This document shows, one piece after another, positions 37,622 to 54,231 of a stretch of 64,000 bases of DNA (position 1 is the first letter of the stretch; each line of letters opens with the position of its first letter). The position numbers and the translations under genes are program-made. The DNA is taken from positions 640,696 to 704,695 of the forward strand of contig CAWBPL010000002.1 of the NCBI GenBank assembly GCA_963790805.1, read 5' to 3'. The notes under the pieces were generated by a model. The model searched no databases and was not told where the DNA came from. It worked only from the letters and a program-made list of their open reading frames with translations. This DNA is from Candidatus Gottesmanbacteria bacterium. Lineage in GTDB: Bacteria > Patescibacteriota > Microgenomatia > UBA10105 > UBA927.

Positions 37622-38923
37622 ATGATTCCAAAATCATTGGAAAAACAAATAAAGGCATATTACAAAAAGACCTTTGGGAAACGATTGTTTATCGCCGGCA
37701 AATCCCACGTACCTGTTTCAGGTAAAGTATTTGACGAGGATGAGCTTATTGCCGGTACAGAATCGATTCTTGACGGCTGGTGGACCGAGGGACGGTTTGC
37801 CGAGAGTTTTGAGCGTGAATTCGGTAAATTTTTGGGCGCTCGCTACGTCAGCCTCGTGAATTCCGGATCGTCGGCCAACCTCATAGCTCTCACGGCTCTC
37901 ACATCGTCTGTATTTGGCAACAAGGCGCTTCAGCCGGGAGACGAAGTGATAACAGTCGCGACAGGTTTCCCGACAACCATTAATCCGATTCTGCAAAACC
38001 GCGCTATTGCCGTACTTCTCGATAATGATCTTGTTACCAAAAATGTTCGCCCACGCGATGTAGCCCGTGCGATCACCAAAAAAACCAAAGCAATTATCAT
38101 GGCCCACACGCTTGGCAATCTTATGCCTATTGATGAAATCTTGGAGCTTGTTAAACAACACAACCTCTGGTTTATCGAAGATTGTTGTGATGCGTTGGGA
38201 AGCGAATATAAAGGCAAATTAGCCGGTACATTCGGCCATGTCTCGACGTTTTCGTTTTATCCGGCGCACCAGATTACCATGGGGGAGGGGGGAGCCATTG
38301 TTACCAATAACCCCTTGATTCATAGGGCAATCCGGCAGTTCCGCGATTGGGGACGCGATTGCTGGTGTGACACAGGGAAGGATGATACGTGCAATAAACG
38401 GTTCGGCTGGAAGATGGGTGAGCTGCCGTTCGGGTATGATCACAAATATATTTACTCGCAGATCGGCTATAATTTGAAACTCACCGATATGCAGGCGGCA
38501 TTGGGTTTAGCCCAGCTTGGCAAGCTTCCCGAATTTATCAAAAAGCGGCGGGAGAATTTTACCGCTCTGTCAGAATTTTTCCAGCAATACAAAAAATATT
38601 TTATCCTCCCCGAAGCGTTGGGGGGCGCTCGTCCCAGCTGGTTTGGATTTCCCTTAGTTGTCGCCGATGGAGCACCATTTACCAAACTCGAGTTTGTGCA
38701 ATATCTCGAAGGCAAAAAGATCGCAACCCGAAGCATCTTCGGCGGCAATTTGGCGCGTCATCCGGCATATCTTGGTAGAAAAGACATCCGCATTATCGGC
38801 AAACTAACCAATTCGGACAAGCTTATGCGTGACGGCTTCTGGATTGGCGTGTATCCCGGAATTACCAAACAAATGCTTGCGTTTGTTCAAGGTTCCATAA
38901 CAGCGTTTATGAAGAAATGGTAG
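37622..38923 (+). CDS. rfbH: CDP-6-deoxy-L-threo-D-glycero-4-hexulose 3-dehydrase (E1; RfbH/DdhC), PMP- and [2Fe-2S]-dependent
   Basis: It is collinear with RfbH as I remember it: GSSANLIALTALTS, GDEVITVATGFPTTINP and LWFIEDCCDALG. SFYPAHQITMGEGG has His in the aminotransferase Lys position. RDCWCDTGKDDTC keeps the C-x1-C-x7-C cluster ligands. Confidence 0.85.
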   Translation: MIPKSLEKQIKAYYKKTFGKRLFIAGKSHVPVSGKVFDEDELIAGTESILDGWWTEGRFAESFEREFGKFLGARYVSLVNSGSSANLIALTALTSSVFGNKALQPGDEVITVATGFPTTINPILQNRAIAVLLDNDLVTKNVRPRDVARAITKKTKAIIMAHTLGNLMPIDEILELVKQHNLWFIEDCCDALGSEYKGKLAGTFGHVSTFSFYPAHQITMGEGGAIVTNNPLIHRAIRQFRDWGRDCWCDTGKDDTCNKRFGWKMGELPFGYDHKYIYSQIGYNLKLTDMQAALGLAQLGKLPEFIKKRRENFTALSEFFQQYKKYFILPEALGGARPSWFGFPLVVADGAPFTKLEFVQYLEGKKIATRSIFGGNLARHPAYLGRKDIRIIGKLTNSDKLMRDGFWIGVYPGITKQMLAFVQGSITAFMKKW

Positions 38924-38939
38924 GATTATTGCAGAATCT

Positions 38940-39803
38940 ATGGGAATTATAAAGAATCCATCATGCGTATTGTGCGGGGGGGGTGAATTTACCATACTTT
39001 TTTCCCATCACAATAACTGGAAGATGGGGAAATGCGCGACGTGCGGACTTGTGCAGATAACCCCCATGCCCGGTAAAAAAGAGATTGCCGAATTGTACCA
39101 TGAGGATTTTGATCATTTTGACCCCTATATTGAACAAAGTGAGGTGCACCATACATATTTTCGGCAGAAACTTGGTGAGCTCAAGCGCAATCTTCACGAT
39201 CTGAAGCTTCTGGATATCGGCTGTCTCACCGGTATACTTCTTATCGAAGCGAAACGAAAGGGTATGAGAGTGGTTGGTGTTGATATTTCAGCGGATGCGG
39301 TGAAGTATTGCTGCAGTCAAAGGTTGAAGGTATTCAATGGCACCGTGCAGTCGATTGAGCGGACGTTAAAACCGAAATCGTTTGACGTCGTTACTGCATT
39401 TCAAGTAATAGAACATGAGCGTGATCCTCTAAAGATGATGAAAAGGATATATTTGTTACTCAAAAGGAATGGTACCGTGATGATGGCGACACCCAGCTAT
39501 GGAGGGTTCTGGAGAAAGCTCATGGGCAAGCGCTGGTTCGGATTTGCCCACCCTGAGCATGTTGTTCTTTTTGATTTTGCTACCATGCGGATGCTTCTTG
39601 AGAAATCCGGCTTTCGGGACATAGAAATTCGCGCCGACAGCCCGCGTCCGTTTCCGTTGTCGTTTGCATTTACGCGCGGTGCCGATTATTTTCCATGGCT
39701 TGGGTGGGCGCTTAAGCCGATCGGCAAGCTTCTTGACCCGTTCGATATCAAAAATCCCGTAAACCCGTGGGATGATATGCTCGTTATCGCAAGGAAAAGA
39801 TAA
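38940..39803 (+). CDS. SAM-dependent methyltransferase with N-terminal Zn-ribbon (paralog of 11239-12117)
   Basis: It has CVLCGG...CATCG and the SAM motif LLDIGCLTGILL, followed by AFQVIEHERDP. Confidence 0.7.
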   Translation: MGIIKNPSCVLCGGGEFTILFSHHNNWKMGKCATCGLVQITPMPGKKEIAELYHEDFDHFDPYIEQSEVHHTYFRQKLGELKRNLHDLKLLDIGCLTGILLIEAKRKGMRVVGVDISADAVKYCCSQRLKVFNGTVQSIERTLKPKSFDVVTAFQVIEHERDPLKMMKRIYLLLKRNGTVMMATPSYGGFWRKLMGKRWFGFAHPEHVVLFDFATMRMLLEKSGFRDIEIRADSPRPFPLSFAFTRGADYFPWLGWALKPIGKLLDPFDIKNPVNPWDDMLVIARKR

Positions 39804-39804
39804 A

Positions 39805-39948
39805 ATGCACGTTGCACTTCGGTCGGTATGCTTTTTGTCGCACCCGTCAAGAAGGCTTGAGTCTTTTGTGAGCCTACGAGCCAAAGCAAGTTTGTTGAGA
39901 TCCTGCGCGTGACTGTGCTGGCAAAAAGCATACCAACCCGTGCAACAC
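39805..39948 (+). repeat. Palindromic (hairpin-forming) intergenic repeat element, copy B
   Basis: The 5' arm GTTGCAC-ttc-GGTCGGTATGCTTTTTG (39811-39837) is complementary to CAAAAAGCATACCAACC-c-GTGCAAC (39922-39946), with one mismatch. The stem continues inward as GCAC/GTGC and GTCA/TGAC. The core is shared with copies A and C. Confidence 0.65.
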
Positions 39949-39990
39949 TACATCTTGTCTTCTTGACTCACCTTTCAAAACAGTATACAA

Positions 39991-41001
39991 ATGCTTGGGA
40001 TGAAGCCCTATCTTTCCATCATCATCCCTGCCTACAACGCGAGCGTTTCCCTGAGTCGTTTGCTTGAGTCATTGAAAAAATCATCGTTTCGAAGTTTTGA
40101 AGTGATCGTCGGCGATGATGCATCAAACGAACAATACCTCGTGGGGAAGGGGATCAGGATTGTCAGATTGACGCGCAATAAAGGTCCGGCTGCGGCCCGT
40201 AACGCCGCAGCGAAACGCGCAAACGGTCAGGTATTGGTGTTTCTTGATAGCGACGTGACGGTCTATCCAGATACGCTTGCCAAAATTGCCGCGAAATTTA
40301 AAGAAGATCACGATTTGACCGCAATAACAGGCGTCTGGGATAAACATCAAAAAACCAAAGCTTTTTTCCCTCAATTTAAAGCAATCCGCGACTGGAGCTA
40401 CTGGACAAACGAACGGGAGCGGGATGGTTATTATTATCTTTTCAGCACCAGAATTGCCGCTATACGCCGCGAAGTATTTAAGCGGCTTGGAGGATTCAAT
40501 GAAGCATTCCGTCAGATGGAGGATGTAGAGCTAACCTACCGCATTGCGAAGCGGTACGCCATCATTTTTGCGCCTGATGTACGGGTACATCATGAATTTG
40601 AAGGATTCTGGGCTGTCGCTCGAAAATATTTCTGGCGAAGTTACTATTGGACAAAGCTGTATAAAGAGCGTAAAAAATTTGATCCGGTTGCAACCACCGT
40701 CTGGGAAAGCGTCGCTGCGGTATCGGGAGTTGGAGCCGTCGCGTGTGTCGTTGTCGGCATCATCGTCTTTTTCTTTCTTCCTTTAGCGTGGGTAAAACTC
40801 GTTACTCTGGTGAGCGCTGTCATATTGCTTCTTGTCCACATATTTCTGCTTCAAAAATTCCTGCGGTTTGTGTATAAAGAAAAGGGATTGGTATTTACGC
40901 TGAAGGCGCTGGGAACAGGACTTGTTTTGTACTGTATTATTTTGGGAGGATCTCTCTATTATTCCGTTCGATCACCAACACCCCGTGGTATGATACAGTA
41001 A
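39991..41001 (+). CDS. GT2 glycosyltransferase with C-terminal TM helices
   Basis: LSIIIPAYNASVSL, VGDDASNE, FLDSDV and QMEDVEL are present. There are 3 C-terminal TM helices. Confidence 0.75.
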   Translation: MLGMKPYLSIIIPAYNASVSLSRLLESLKKSSFRSFEVIVGDDASNEQYLVGKGIRIVRLTRNKGPAAARNAAAKRANGQVLVFLDSDVTVYPDTLAKIAAKFKEDHDLTAITGVWDKHQKTKAFFPQFKAIRDWSYWTNERERDGYYYLFSTRIAAIRREVFKRLGGFNEAFRQMEDVELTYRIAKRYAIIFAPDVRVHHEFEGFWAVARKYFWRSYYWTKLYKERKKFDPVATTVWESVAAVSGVGAVACVVVGIIVFFFLPLAWVKLVTLVSAVILLLVHIFLLQKFLRFVYKEKGLVFTLKALGTGLVLYCIILGGSLYYSVRSPTPRGMIQ

Positions 41002-41007
41002 TTAATT

Positions 41008-42591
41008 ATGAGCGGCGTGAAACGGATTTTTCCTATACCCGTATTGCTATTTTTTCTGGTCGTTGCCATCGGCGTACTGCTCATTCCCTCCATCGGCCCT
41101 GCGTGGGATGAGCCGGACAACATGTTTGCCGGCGGGGTCTACTGGAATTTTTTTGCAAAAGGTTTTGATCAAAAAGTATTTACGAATACTTCTGACAATG
41201 CCTCGTCGTACTTTGGGGAGCAGGTGTTTCCGTTGGATCGGTTCATATCCCATTTGCCTCCTGTTTATAACTATATCGGCACAGTATTTGCTGTGGCGGC
41301 GGAGCATTTTGGCGCTCCGCTGGCGGGCCGAACAGTTATTATCGCATATCATTTGATGACCGTATTGTTTTTAGCGCTTTTAGTGGTTATGACGTATGAG
41401 TTCGGAATACTACTCGGGTTGGAACCGCTCTGGAGCGTCATTGCGGCCATCAGTACCTGTTTGTATCCGACGGTATTTGGACATGGCCTCTCTAACAGCA
41501 AAGATACCGCCCAGTCAGCTCTTTTTATCACAAGCCTGTATTTCCTTGTCCGATCGGTAAAAAGATCTCGACCGGCGGATTTGATCATCGGCGCCGTTAT
41601 CTGGGGACTGGGACTGGCAACCAAATTTAACGCAGTGTACGTACCGATTATTTGGGGTATTTGGTCCATGATATATAGCTTTGGGAAAACGCCGCGACCC
41701 GTCATCGGCAAAAAGATTATTCAAATTATTCTTTCACTTTTTATTATTATCGGGTTGGGAATTCTCGTTGCTATTGCCGTGTGGCCCTATTTGTGGTTTG
41801 ACACTGTCAACCGAATTCTCGAAGTCGTGCGGTATTTTACGTCAGTAGGGCAGGGGTACAGGTTTTTTTGGAATGGACAGCGGTATCAAAGCGGACTTGG
41901 GATTTCATACTGGTGGTATCCCTTGGAAAGTTTTGTGTACCAGACGCCGTTGCCGCTTTTTTTCATAGTTCTTTTGGGGATTGGAGAAATATTGCGTTCG
42001 TTTAAGCGATACCCCGAACGGTTGCTTTTAGTTATCTGGATCGTTATCCCGTTTCTTCGCGCTTTCTGGCCGTGGGCAAGTTTATATGATCAGTTACGGC
42101 ATTTTATCGAAACGATTCCGGCTTTTCTGTTAACGGCAGCAATCTTTCTTCAATCCATAAGCCGCGGGAAAACACGTTTTTTTGCCTACCTGTTTGCGGA
42201 GATCATCGTTATACACCTTCTCTATATCAATGTTACGTATTTTCCCTACGCGGCCGGATATTACAATATACTGGCCCGAAATCCCAATACGGGATTTGAC
42301 CGTGATATCGAGTCGTTAACGATAAAGGAGGCGGTGGATTATATTCATACCAGTTACGGCCCGACGACCATTTGGGCTCCGCTTGGAGGTCATTTATCAT
42401 GGTATTATATGACGAAAGGCGATACCTATGTATATAACGCTCCGGATGCGAAGTTTATAATTCTCATTAATAAATCCTCCCATTTTACTGAACACGAGTT
42501 TTATGCCGGCATCGCCGATTCCTATATGTATGATCACATGATTACCCGAAACGGTAACATATTTGCATGGATTTATAAACGAATATATTAA
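41008..42591 (+). CDS. GT-C glycosyltransferase, GT39-like
   Basis: 527 aa and multi-TM. The first loop is GPAWDEPDNMFAGGVYW, and the C-terminal domain is soluble. Confidence 0.55.
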   Translation: MSGVKRIFPIPVLLFFLVVAIGVLLIPSIGPAWDEPDNMFAGGVYWNFFAKGFDQKVFTNTSDNASSYFGEQVFPLDRFISHLPPVYNYIGTVFAVAAEHFGAPLAGRTVIIAYHLMTVLFLALLVVMTYEFGILLGLEPLWSVIAAISTCLYPTVFGHGLSNSKDTAQSALFITSLYFLVRSVKRSRPADLIIGAVIWGLGLATKFNAVYVPIIWGIWSMIYSFGKTPRPVIGKKIIQIILSLFIIIGLGILVAIAVWPYLWFDTVNRILEVVRYFTSVGQGYRFFWNGQRYQSGLGISYWWYPLESFVYQTPLPLFFIVLLGIGEILRSFKRYPERLLLVIWIVIPFLRAFWPWASLYDQLRHFIETIPAFLLTAAIFLQSISRGKTRFFAYLFAEIIVIHLLYINVTYFPYAAGYYNILARNPNTGFDRDIESLTIKEAVDYIHTSYGPTTIWAPLGGHLSWYYMTKGDTYVYNAPDAKFIILINKSSHFTEHEFYAGIADSYMYDHMITRNGNIFAWIYKRIY

Positions 42592-42601
42592 AACAAATTT
42601 C

Positions 42602-44482
42602 TTATGGCATGAGGGAGGGGACCGCACGCGGGGAAGATGCTGGCGATCTGGCTTTCGTGGTTGGTATCGTCGAGCTCCCTGTTGCGTCTTTTTCCAATGC
42701 GTTAAGCTGTTCTGATACGATTTCGTAGTCGTTGGATGTTTTGTCAACGTAGACCTCGGCTTGCTGCATGGCTGAAATGGATTGAGTAATATCATTATTC
42801 AGATGATAGGCATTTGATAGATTGTAGTAAGCATTTGCATAGTTCGGTTTTAATGCGGCCGCCCGTTCAAACTCCGTAATGGCGTTTGCATATTTGTTAG
42901 TTTTTACGTAGACAGAACCCAATTCCAGATGTAATGATGGATTGGTCGGGTCAAGCAATATCGCTTGCTGGAAGCTCGCAACAGACCAGTCGGCGGAGCC
43001 CTGCGCGACATTAATGAGCTGCTGGTAGATTCGCGCGAGATTTTCCCAGCCCAGCACATTTGACGGATTGAGTTTGACGGCAATTTTTGCTTCGGAAATA
43101 GATTGCTGGATAAGCTGCGCTACGAGATTTCTGTCTTTGTTGAGTTCATCCGCTGACATTTTGCTGGCTTGAGAAGTGCTTATAGTGCTCGCGAGTGATG
43201 CCGCCAGTGCAATATTCGTCTGGCTGAATGTTATATGAAAGCGGGTAAGGTTAGGATTGAGCTTTAACGCATTCATCTGCGTCGTGTACGTGGCCGTTCC
43301 GTTATTTTCCTGAGACAATACCAACGATTGGTAGAACGTCAACTCTGCAGCGTACGTCCTGCCGGTAAAATACAGTCCGGTGCCGATAACAATGCAAAGA
43401 ACGGCGGTTATAACAGTTCTCGGAACGATACTTCGCGGCACTTTTATCGTCAACGGCTTTGCGTGGTCGCCGGCAAGTATAAGAAGTATGGTAATCGTAA
43501 TGAGAACCGTTACATTTGGCGGGGTCAGAAGAAAACTCATAAGTCCTAAAAGCAGGCTGAGTGGCATAACACCCCGTTTTGAGAGAATCAGACTTTTTCC
43601 AAATAAAAAACTTGCGGCTGCACCAAGAAGTCCGTAAATGGTTATAAGGTGAAAAAGCATATTGGCATTCGTCGTAAACCTGATGCTCCACAGCGGGCTT
43701 ATGTTCATGATCTGCGGTCGGCCTGCTGAGAACGCGGCCAGGAAATTTTCCGCTCCGACGCCGACAATCGCGTGTTTGGGGTTTTTGAGAACCTCAAGCA
43801 TCATGCTCCAACCGGTGTTTAACGGCAGGAGTGTACCGTTTATCCGCGGTACGAGTTGCCAAACGGTAATAACAAGTCCGGTACATACCGCAAGAGACAT
43901 AAGAGCAAGAAACGAAAGATGCATTTCATTGTTTGTTTTCCATGCGGTATATGTGTGAGCGATGAAAATCGGGAGAAATATGACGAAGAGGGAAAGCGAC
44001 GCGATTGTTGATCCCGTGGGCGTCCATAAAGGATCAGAGAGATAGGTCAGCTTCGGAAACATAACTTTTCCCATACCGAAGAATTGATAGATCGCAATGA
44101 GGGCTATAAAGGTAATACTTATCTGAAGAAGCCAGAAAAGTCTGTTTGTCCATTTTGAATCGAATACTGTCGGCAGAAACGCAACAAGGAGAGTAAGAGC
44201 CAAAAATGTCGCAGGACCGAAAGGTGACAGCAGTGCTTCAACTTTATTGGTTGAAGCAAATGCTAAGCTTGCAAGAGCCGCTATCGTGATACTTCCAAGT
44301 CCTATTACAGCTTGAGACCGTGAGATCATGAAAACGGATTGGCGAAGACTTCTGTAAAGCCATACGGCGAAGCTCGCGAGGGCTATTATAATAAGAAGCG
44401 TCCATTTATTGGTGTCATAGAAATCCTGTGTAACAGGAAGAAAAAGAGAGGGAGCATTCCCAATGCGACAACGATGATCCAT
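42602..44482 (-). CDS. O-antigen ligase (Wzy_C)-like polytopic membrane protein with C-terminal TPR repeats
   Basis: 626 aa with about 12 TM segments. The periplasmic-loop region TNANMLFHLITIYGLLG resembles the Wzy_C HNxxLxxLxExG motif. The C-terminus has at least 3 TPR units (NLARIYQQL..., LELGSVYVKTNKYANAITEFERAAALKPNYANAYYNLSNAYHL...). Confidence 0.6.
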   Translation of the reverse strand: MDHRCRIGNAPSLFLPVTQDFYDTNKWTLLIIIALASFAVWLYRSLRQSVFMISRSQAVIGLGSITIAALASLAFASTNKVEALLSPFGPATFLALTLLVAFLPTVFDSKWTNRLFWLLQISITFIALIAIYQFFGMGKVMFPKLTYLSDPLWTPTGSTIASLSLFVIFLPIFIAHTYTAWKTNNEMHLSFLALMSLAVCTGLVITVWQLVPRINGTLLPLNTGWSMMLEVLKNPKHAIVGVGAENFLAAFSAGRPQIMNISPLWSIRFTTNANMLFHLITIYGLLGAAASFLFGKSLILSKRGVMPLSLLLGLMSFLLTPPNVTVLITITILLILAGDHAKPLTIKVPRSIVPRTVITAVLCIVIGTGLYFTGRTYAAELTFYQSLVLSQENNGTATYTTQMNALKLNPNLTRFHITFSQTNIALAASLASTISTSQASKMSADELNKDRNLVAQLIQQSISEAKIAVKLNPSNVLGWENLARIYQQLINVAQGSADWSVASFQQAILLDPTNPSLHLELGSVYVKTNKYANAITEFERAAALKPNYANAYYNLSNAYHLNNDITQSISAMQQAEVYVDKTSNDYEIVSEQLNALEKDATGSSTIPTTKARSPASSPRAVPSLMP

Positions 44483-44701
44483 GATATACCTGTTGTTATC
44501 GGGGGACGTGATTTCATAACTGTTTTATCATAATTGATATGGGAGCTATGGTAAAGTAAGGAATTAAAATTATATAGTAATTTATAGTAATATATATAAA
44601 GATATTCATTATTATAGAAAATATCATATTAGTACTACTTATATATTTATTAAGCTCAAACAGCATCAAATATATTCATTATTTCAGGGTTATTCATCAA
44701 G

Positions 44702-44730
44702 TTGCATTTTACGTATTCCCTTGTCATACT
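44702..44730 (+). promoter_or_regulatory. Candidate promoter of the pilin genes
   Basis: TTGCAT (44702-44707), a 17-nt spacer, then CATACT (44725-44730). It lies 16 nt before ATG 44747. Confidence 0.35.
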
Positions 44731-44746
44731 GGACGAAAGATCGTCT

Positions 44747-45442
44747 ATGACACATCGTTCTTGCCCTATTGTGAGTAAGAAGGGATTTACGCTCGCCGAA
44801 CTTCTTATTGTTGTAGCCATTCTTGCCATTCTCCTTATCATTCTATTAGTGAATCTTCGCACACAGATTGCGCGAGGTGATGACATCAAACGAAAAGCAG
44901 ATCTTGCCAAAATCCAAAAATCATTTGAGGAATATTATAACGATAAGCAGTGCTATCCGCCGACTGCCATAATTGCAAACTGCGGAAGCTCTGACTTAGC
45001 TCCGTACCTGAATCAGGTCCCGTGTGATCCGACGACGAAAAAACCGTATTTGTATGTCACAGGAACGCCTACTGCGTGTGATGGCTATCATCTTTGCGCA
45101 AAACTTGAAGATCTCAGTGATCCTGAGATCGTACGAATTGGTTGCAGTCCTCAGGGGTGCGGTTGGGGAGCGGGGTATAATTATTGTGTTGCGGTGGGTT
45201 CCAGTGTCACGGCTCCCGACTATGTTCCATCAAACGGTACAGGTCCGGAAGAAACAGGTGCGGGTGGTTCTCCAACTCCTACGCCAATTCCAGGTCAGTG
45301 GGCGTGTACGCCTGCAGGCGATTGTGATTCATATGCAAACCCGCAAGGAGCAAATTGTCCATTTACCTATCAGCAGTTCGGATGTATATATAATGGAGTA
45401 TATCAGTGTACCACCGTGGCTAACAGATGTAAAAATTACTAG
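44747..45442 (+). CDS. Type IV pilin-like protein (class III signal peptide), Cys-rich C-terminus
   Basis: MTHRSCPIVSKKG|FTLAELLIVVAILAILL carries the prepilin G|FTLxE motif followed by a hydrophobic helix. The C-terminal part is P/T/G-rich with 8 or more Cys. The track ORF begins at TTG 44702. Confidence 0.8.
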   Translation: MTHRSCPIVSKKGFTLAELLIVVAILAILLIILLVNLRTQIARGDDIKRKADLAKIQKSFEEYYNDKQCYPPTAIIANCGSSDLAPYLNQVPCDPTTKKPYLYVTGTPTACDGYHLCAKLEDLSDPEIVRIGCSPQGCGWGAGYNYCVAVGSSVTAPDYVPSNGTGPEETGAGGSPTPTPIPGQWACTPAGDCDSYANPQGANCPFTYQQFGCIYNGVYQCTTVANRCKNY

Positions 45443-45454
45443 GCACAGCGATGT

Positions 45455-46000
45455 ATGAATAAACAGAAAACTCAGCGGGGTTTTACGCTTATGGAATTAC
45501 TTATTGTGATCATTCTTTTGGGGATTCTTATCGCCGCCGGAATAAGCAGTTTTACGTCATCACTCAAAAAATCACGTGACAGCAGACGCAAAAATGATTT
45601 ACGGCAAATCGCAATATCTTTGGAGACCTTTAATAATGATAATGGACACTATCCTTTAAGTAACGCTGAGGGTCAAATATTGGGGTGTACGGATGGAGTG
45701 AGTATATGCACGTGGGGCAATAGTTTTCAGGATGCAACAACGATCTACATGATTCAGCTTCCGGCCGATACCAGCATCTCGCAGCGGTACTTTTATTACA
45801 GTCCGGACGGGACGTATTTTCAGCTTTTTGCACGGCTGGAGAATACGCTGGACAGTGATGTGCCCAAGAATGGACAGAATCAGGCGCGTGAATTTGGCGA
45901 TCTGAATTGCGGAACCGATACGACTTCGCTATATTGTAACTATGGGGTTTCAAGCGCCAATAAGCTGTTGGAAGCGGGGCACACGGTACTATATGAATAA
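45455..46000 (+). CDS. Type IV pilin-like protein
   Basis: MNKQKTQRG|FTLMELLIVIILLGILIAAGI. Confidence 0.8.
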   Translation: MNKQKTQRGFTLMELLIVIILLGILIAAGISSFTSSLKKSRDSRRKNDLRQIAISLETFNNDNGHYPLSNAEGQILGCTDGVSICTWGNSFQDATTIYMIQLPADTSISQRYFYYSPDGTYFQLFARLENTLDSDVPKNGQNQAREFGDLNCGTDTTSLYCNYGVSSANKLLEAGHTVLYE

Positions 46001-46493
46001 AAAGCAGGGTTTTACGCTTCTTGAGCTTCTCGTTGTGATTGCAATCATTGCTGTCATCGTGGCGTTTGCCGTAACGAATTTTGTCGGAGCGAGGCAGCGG
46101 GCGCGCGATATCCGGAAAAAAGCGGAACTGCAACAACTCCAGTCTGCACTCCGGCTTTATTATAATGATTACAATACGTATCCCGGACCGGCGTCAACGA
46201 TTTCAAATGACCTTAACGGGTGCGGGAACGCCACGCCTCCCACGGCCAGCTGTGTTCAGAATTGCGCCGGACAATTTGCGGTTGGAGGAACGGGATGTAC
46301 CAATGTATATATGAAACTGCTGCCAGAGCCGACGGATTACAGATGGAGTTATGAGCAGGTTGCCGGCGGGGATAATTTTTGTTTATGGACGGCGCTTGAT
46401 AACACCTCGGATTCGGAAATAGCGAAGTCACAGGCAAAATGTAATCAGGTATGCTCAGTTCCTTCATCGGACTACGTAATCTGTGCAGATTAA
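45993..46493 (+). CDS. Type IV pilin-like protein
   Basis: The internal ATG 45993 gives MNKKQG|FTLLELLVVIAIIAVIVAFAV. There is an 8-nt overlap with the upstream pilin gene. The track ORF starts at 45942. Confidence 0.8.
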   Translation: MNKKQGFTLLELLVVIAIIAVIVAFAVTNFVGARQRARDIRKKAELQQLQSALRLYYNDYNTYPGPASTISNDLNGCGNATPPTASCVQNCAGQFAVGGTGCTNVYMKLLPEPTDYRWSYEQVAGGDNFCLWTALDNTSDSEIAKSQAKCNQVCSVPSSDYVICAD

Positions 46494-46500
46494 ATTTCCT

Positions 46501-54231
<7,731 letters not shown>

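Noticed and set aside
39456-39931. Minus-strand ORFs of 142 and 81 aa overlapping the methyltransferase 3' end and palindromic element copy B.
   Set aside because: They are antisense to a well-supported methyltransferase gene. The 81-aa ORF runs through the repeat, and the corresponding region in copy A is not conserved at protein level.
45630-46136. A 168-aa minus-strand ORF across pilin genes 2 and 3.
   Set aside because: It is antisense to two ORFs with canonical prepilin leaders and has no motif of its own.
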